A DNA stretch of 64,000 nucleotides from Phoronis australis (lineage: Eukaryota; Animalia; Phoronida), in assembly GCA_002633005.1 (NCBI GenBank), contig NMRA01000126.1, positions 710,155 through 774,154 on the forward strand, read 5' to 3'. The notes beneath the pieces are model-generated. The model was not told the origin of the DNA. It searched no databases and was given only the letters and a program-made list of their open reading frames with translations. Both the position numbers and the translations under genes were made by a program. Shown piece by piece: positions 62,795-64,000 of this stretch. Within the stretch, counting starts at the first letter, position 1. Each line of letters starts with the position of its first letter.

Positions 62795-63460
62795 TAGGGA
62801 CGTGACAAAGTCTTGTCTCAACGCTGATTGGCTTTTCCCAGATATTGCGTAATGGCGATTATCGATAAGACAGCCATTGCCTCACGGTGGCTATAGTATT
62901 TCAGCTCTCTCTCCTCCAGAAACCAAGAAAACAGGGAACCACATTATTGATGACGTAGACCGTAAATTCTTCTGGGTATACGTCATTTTTTTTGTTGAGT
63001 TTTCATTCTTGTCAAAGCATGTGACTGGTGAGAAGTTGGGGGAATTTTTCGCTCCTGTTTGACTGCTTGTATTTTGAAAGGTAAGTTATTTTTTCTTATG
63101 AAATGTGTTCTTTATTCTTATTTTATATCTTTTGCAACTGCTCACCAAATTTCAATTCAATCAAATCACCGTAACATGGTCTGCTAACTCCGGCAAAATT
63201 AAGACCCGAGGCAGGCATTCTCGCCAACCAGCCATAACGGACCAGTGTATCGGCATTGCCGTTTATGGTTAACAATTGCTCTTAAATTAGGTAGATTGAC
63301 TAGTTTATGTAAATTAATAGCAGAATTGATCAATTTGGATGAAGTTCCATACATTTTCATGTGTAGTTTTTGTATATCAATGACTTTGTAAGGTGTAGTA
63401 TAGGTAATCTTGGTCCGGCGAATTTTGGTCACGTGATCAAATCCCAGAGATTTGATTGGC
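62795..63460 (+). promoter_or_regulatory. Probable promoter and non-coding first exon of a divergent + strand gene (donor after 63080)
   Basis: ATTGG boxes at 62827 and ~63455; CRE half-sites at ~62951 and ~62980; E-box GTCACGTGA at ~63428; perfect AAG|GTAAGT donor at 63078-63086. Confidence 0.45.
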
Positions 63461-64000
63461 TCAAAACCTGAATTCTTTGATTATGTTGAAGTGTGATTTT
63501 GGCTAGATTTTCTTCACAATATTGCCATGATTTACTGTTTTTTATGAAATAAAACCACAGTTTGTCAACTCCATATGACAGTAGTGTTTTTGTTGATTTT
63601 TTCATTGAATAACATATAATGATTTTCTAATCAAACAGGTTAAAAAATTTTTTCAGTTTGGGACAAGAATAGCTTGCTGATATTGTTGTTCTTTCAAAAG
63701 TTAAGTTGGTGCCTGGAAAATCATTGAGTAGGTACATCGATTCTTTTACCTTCTTGAGGTATTTGACAAAATATAATTCCACTGGCCTGACATGATATTG
63801 TGTCCACAACTGGAGAATTTACATTTGTAGTTTTCAAGTTCTTGAAGTACACTTATTAAGGAAAGGAACTGTTCAATTTTTTGAAAAATGATAAATCAAT
63901 GCCTCATAAAAATCAGTGTAAAAAATTCAAACTTTAGTTTTAGGGTTCGTAGTGAGTGTTTAATAGTAATTACAGGACAAGGCAGTCTGAATCATTTGGT

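Overview
AT-rich, intron-rich eukaryotic (metazoan, probably marine-invertebrate) draft-assembly DNA with short N gaps and single-N joins. Three recognisable genes lie on the minus strand: the first coding exon of SEC63 (368-491); a complete 20-coding-exon ARID2/BAF200 gene (7638-40580; ~1463 aa once a 511-bp assembly duplication is removed); and a complete 9-coding-exon MTF1 gene (46401-61004; ~581 aa, six C2H2 fingers plus a C-terminal Cys cluster). Between SEC63 and ARID2 there is an unannotated, decayed multi-exon gene (~1150-5700, minus) whose exons still join in phase through canonical GT-AG sites but which carries stops and frameshifts; I cannot name its family. Introns and intergenic DNA hold many non-autonomous transposons. 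These include Helentron/HINE-like elements whose internal 450-bp (3 x ~150-bp) arrays repeat near-consensus CTCF motifs, MITEs with 5-bp TSDs, a TA-flanked element carrying a decayed HIRAN-like ORF, and a LINE tail inserted into a tRNA-derived SINE. There is also a perfect 67-bp inverted repeat. A probable divergent + strand first exon and promoter lie at ~62.8-63.5 kb. All calls come from manual reading and translation; no searches were run.
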